DNA of 64,000 nt, taken from IMG/VR virus record IMGVR_UViG_3300022743_000004, positions 3,793-67,792 of that record; one strand, written 5' to 3'. Source of the DNA: a virus. Position numbers and translations under genes: made by a program. Below are positions 61,546 through 64,000 of this stretch, in pieces. The notes under the pieces were generated by a model. It was not told where the DNA came from. It worked only from the letters and a program-made list of their open reading frames with translations, and searched no databases. Within the stretch, counting starts at the first letter, position 1. Every line of letters begins with the position of its first letter.

Positions 61546-64000
61546 ATGTCTACTTCCCGCACCCCTAGCAAAAACTTCCCTCGCGCTACGGGGGCCGGGA
61601 TTGTGAACCTGAAGCCCTCCACGCCATCACTACGCATGGCTAACGGCGGACAGATGGACATGTATGCGCGTGCGTCCCAGACCACCAACGACACCATTGC
61701 CCTCCAGAACCAGATGGCCGGTACAAGCCCGTCCGCTGCTCCTGCTGACACGCGGCTGACAAACGAGAGCCAGCGTATGGGTATGGCGGCGGGCCTGCTG
61801 CACTCCAACCAGACCCCCATGGCCGCGCCTCAGATCACCAACACTCCTGTCTCCTTGCAGATGGCCGACGGCGGCGTCTTCGACAGCCTGCGTCGTGCCG
61901 TAGGCATGGGCGCACCAGAGACCATGCGTGAAAAGTTCGCCCGTCAGGATGCCGAGCGTGCAGCCAGCCGCCCACAGCCAGCCGCGCCAGCCCCTGCGGC
62001 CCCGCCCATGATGACGCCTGCACCCATGGGTAGCCAGAGCGTGATTGACGGGCGCATGAAGGCCGCTGGCCTACAGAACGGCGGTCAGGTCCCCGGCACC
62101 GGCAAAGGCGACAAGATTCCTGCCAAGTACGAGCCCGGAGAGTTCGTCGTGTCCAACGACATGCTGGACGCAGCACCGTCGCTGCGTGGCGAGCTGCACA
62201 GTCTGCGCAACGCAGTGCTGGCCAAGAAGGGCATGACCCCCGAGCAGGCCGATGCGAAGGCCGTAGTCGGCGGTGGCCTGCGTGCTGTGAACGCCTTCGA
62301 CCCAGCCAGCTACCTGAAGACCACGTTCCCTGGCGGCGGTGCGGACCTTGAGCTGCCTACCCGCGCACCTGCTACGGCTGCACCAGCCGGGAACGCCCAC
62401 CCGTTCAACGCGGCGGGTTACACTCCGCCTACTGTCAACTCAGAAGGTGTACGCACTGGAGGCCCGAATGGACAAACAAAAACCAACTTTTCAGTGGAAA
62501 GGCCCGTTAGTGCTGGCAGTCCTGCTGGTGTTCCTGGGGGTGCCGCAGCTCCTGACATTGCTGCTGGAGCTGCTGAAAAAACTGGGCTGAGGGGCTCGTT
62601 GTGGAGTCGCGCCAAGTCCGGCGTAGGCTCCGCAGCTTCTGGGGTCAAGAACGCAGGCCGTACGGCGCTAGAGTTCGCCGGTCCTGCCTCGGCTGTCTAC
62701 GCTGGTGGAGATGCGCTCACCTCGGCAGCAACTAACCAACTCAACTCCCTCAACGACCATAACCTCGGCATGATGACCAATGCCGGGGGCGGGGACGATA
62801 CCGCCTTCGCTGCAGCCATTCTTCAACAGGGTCGCGCTAATACCGCCGCTTCTGCACCCGCTGTACCACCCAAGCCACCACAAGGCACCACCTTGCCCGA
62901 CACAGGTATGGGCAGTGGTCGCGGACGCATGCAGCCGTTCGGGACACCCGGAGCTGCCCCCAGTAACCAAGACCTCCGCAGCCGCGACTTCAGCGCAGAG
63001 CTGAACGCGCTTCCATCCAACCTACCCAAAGACCTACGCAGCGGCGTTGTCCACAAGACCGTAAACGCTAACGGACGTGTGACTTACAGCGGGCGCGACG
63101 TGGGCGTGGGCTCTGACGGCAACACCCAGTTTGTGGACGGTACAGGCCGTAGCATCACACCACGCGGCTCCGTGCAGGTGGCTGCGGGCGCTCCGACCTT
63201 CGGCCCGAACGGCAGCTACGTGACTGACAACCAAGCCCCCACGGGCGAGGCCAAGCAGCGCGCCATCAACCAGAGCCTGATGGGTCCTGGTGGCACGAAG
63301 ATGTCTCCCAACGACGTGGCCACCATGGCTGCGAACCAGCGCGACGGCGTTGACCTGTACCGTGGCACCTCGCAGGACATGTCTCTCCGTGGCGGGGCTG
63401 GCGGTGGCCGCGACTCTGCCGAGATCGCACGCCTGAAAGAACTGATCGCTTCACCCATTGGCACGCCGGGGCGCAAGTCCGCCGCTGCGCTGTTGCAGCA
63501 ACACATGCAGAACCAAGGCTCCATGGACGTGGCCCGTTTGCAGCAAGAGACTACCCTGCGCGGCAAGCAGATGGAGATCGACATCGCCCAAGCCCGCCGC
63601 AACGCCATCGGTCAAGCTGCGCAAGCTGCCGGTGGAGACCCAGTGAAGACAGCCCAGATTCTGTCCAACCTTGGGCTGACCGACGACGCTGCCCACTTCA
63701 CCACCATGGCCGGTCAGGCGCAGACCCGTGAGAAGGGTGCGCAAGACATTGCACGTACCAACGACGACAGCGCCACCAAAGACTTGGAGAGCATGGCCGT
63801 AGACGTGAACAAAAACGGTGAGTCTGTGATCAGTCAAGGTAAGCTGAGTACCGCCCGTGGCGTCGCCAAGCAGGTGACACCAGGGTACTTCAACATGGAC
63901 GCCAACCAACGCGCCGCCGTGCTGCCACAAGTGCAGTCCGGTGTAAACATCGTGGACGGCATGAACGCCGCCCGCAACACTGGTTGGCTGCAGAAGGTTG
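61546..64000 (+). CDS. Large internal virion/ejection protein, 3'-truncated
   Basis: GGAG before ATG 61546; absent from the ORF track, consistent with no stop inside the window; GG.VPGTG.GD.IPA...PGEFVV motif. Confidence 0.7.
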   Translation, partial: MSTSRTPSKNFPRATGAGIVNLKPSTPSLRMANGGQMDMYARASQTTNDTIALQNQMAGTSPSAAPADTRLTNESQRMGMAAGLLHSNQTPMAAPQITNTPVSLQMADGGVFDSLRRAVGMGAPETMREKFARQDAERAASRPQPAAPAPAAPPMMTPAPMGSQSVIDGRMKAAGLQNGGQVPGTGKGDKIPAKYEPGEFVVSNDMLDAAPSLRGELHSLRNAVLAKKGMTPEQADAKAVVGGGLRAVNAFDPASYLKTTFPGGGADLELPTRAPATAAPAGNAHPFNAAGYTPPTVNSEGVRTGGPNGQTKTNFSVERPVSAGSPAGVPGGAAAPDIAAGAAEKTGLRGSLWSRAKSGVGSAASGVKNAGRTALEFAGPASAVYAGGDALTSAATNQLNSLNDHNLGMMTNAGGGDDTAFAAAILQQGRANTAASAPAVPPKPPQGTTLPDTGMGSGRGRMQPFGTPGAAPSNQDLRSRDFSAELNALPSNLPKDLRSGVVHKTVNANGRVTYSGRDVGVGSDGNTQFVDGTGRSITPRGSVQVAAGAPTFGPNGSYVTDNQAPTGEAKQRAINQSLMGPGGTKMSPNDVATMAANQRDGVDLYRGTSQDMSLRGGAGGGRDSAEIARLKELIASPIGTPGRKSAAALLQQHMQNQGSMDVARLQQETTLRGKQMEIDIAQARRNAIGQAAQAAGGDPVKTAQILSNLGLTDDAAHFTTMAGQAQTREKGAQDIARTNDDSATKDLESMAVDVNKNGESVISQGKLSTARGVAKQVTPGYFNMDANQRAAVLPQVQSGVNIVDGMNAARNTGWLQKV

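Larger units (their letters stand above)
1..64000. mobile_element. Temperate tailed phage genome (podovirus-like), partial or permuted
   Basis: Terminase, portal, capsid, lysis, replication and integrase modules are all present with no host housekeeping genes; attP is intact and internal, so this is the non-integrated form. Confidence 0.95.

Overview
The whole window looks like one tailed dsDNA phage genome of podovirus-like architecture, cut inside virion genes at both ends. Layout: a giant virion protein (1-4.8 kb); a lysis cassette (5.0-7.0 kb); an attP carrying the 3' half of tRNA-Val(GAC) beside a tyrosine integrase and xis (7.7-9.6 kb), which indicates a temperate phage of a probable betaproteobacterial host; a long leftward arm (to 40.7 kb) with dUTPase, ThyX, ligase, exonucleases, family A polymerase, SNF2 helicase, a MoxR-AAA/vWA module, primase-helicase and many small ORFs; and a rightward morphogenesis arm (40.9-64 kb) with terminase, portal, scaffold, major capsid and tail/ejection genes. 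The most striking unexplained pattern is that nine small non-structural ORFs at three separate loci end in the same R-[LMI]-R-G-x(2-6) C-terminal motif that ends the capsid scaffolding protein. This suggests a scaffold-mimic capsid-targeting tag. Other notable signals are three covarying hairpins before the first early genes, a recurrent TCTAAnTTAGA palindrome, a duplicated AT-rich origin-like element, a possible nucleotide-sponge cluster in the head operon and an exported HNH protein in the lysis cassette. All family calls come from motif recognition by eye; no searches were run.
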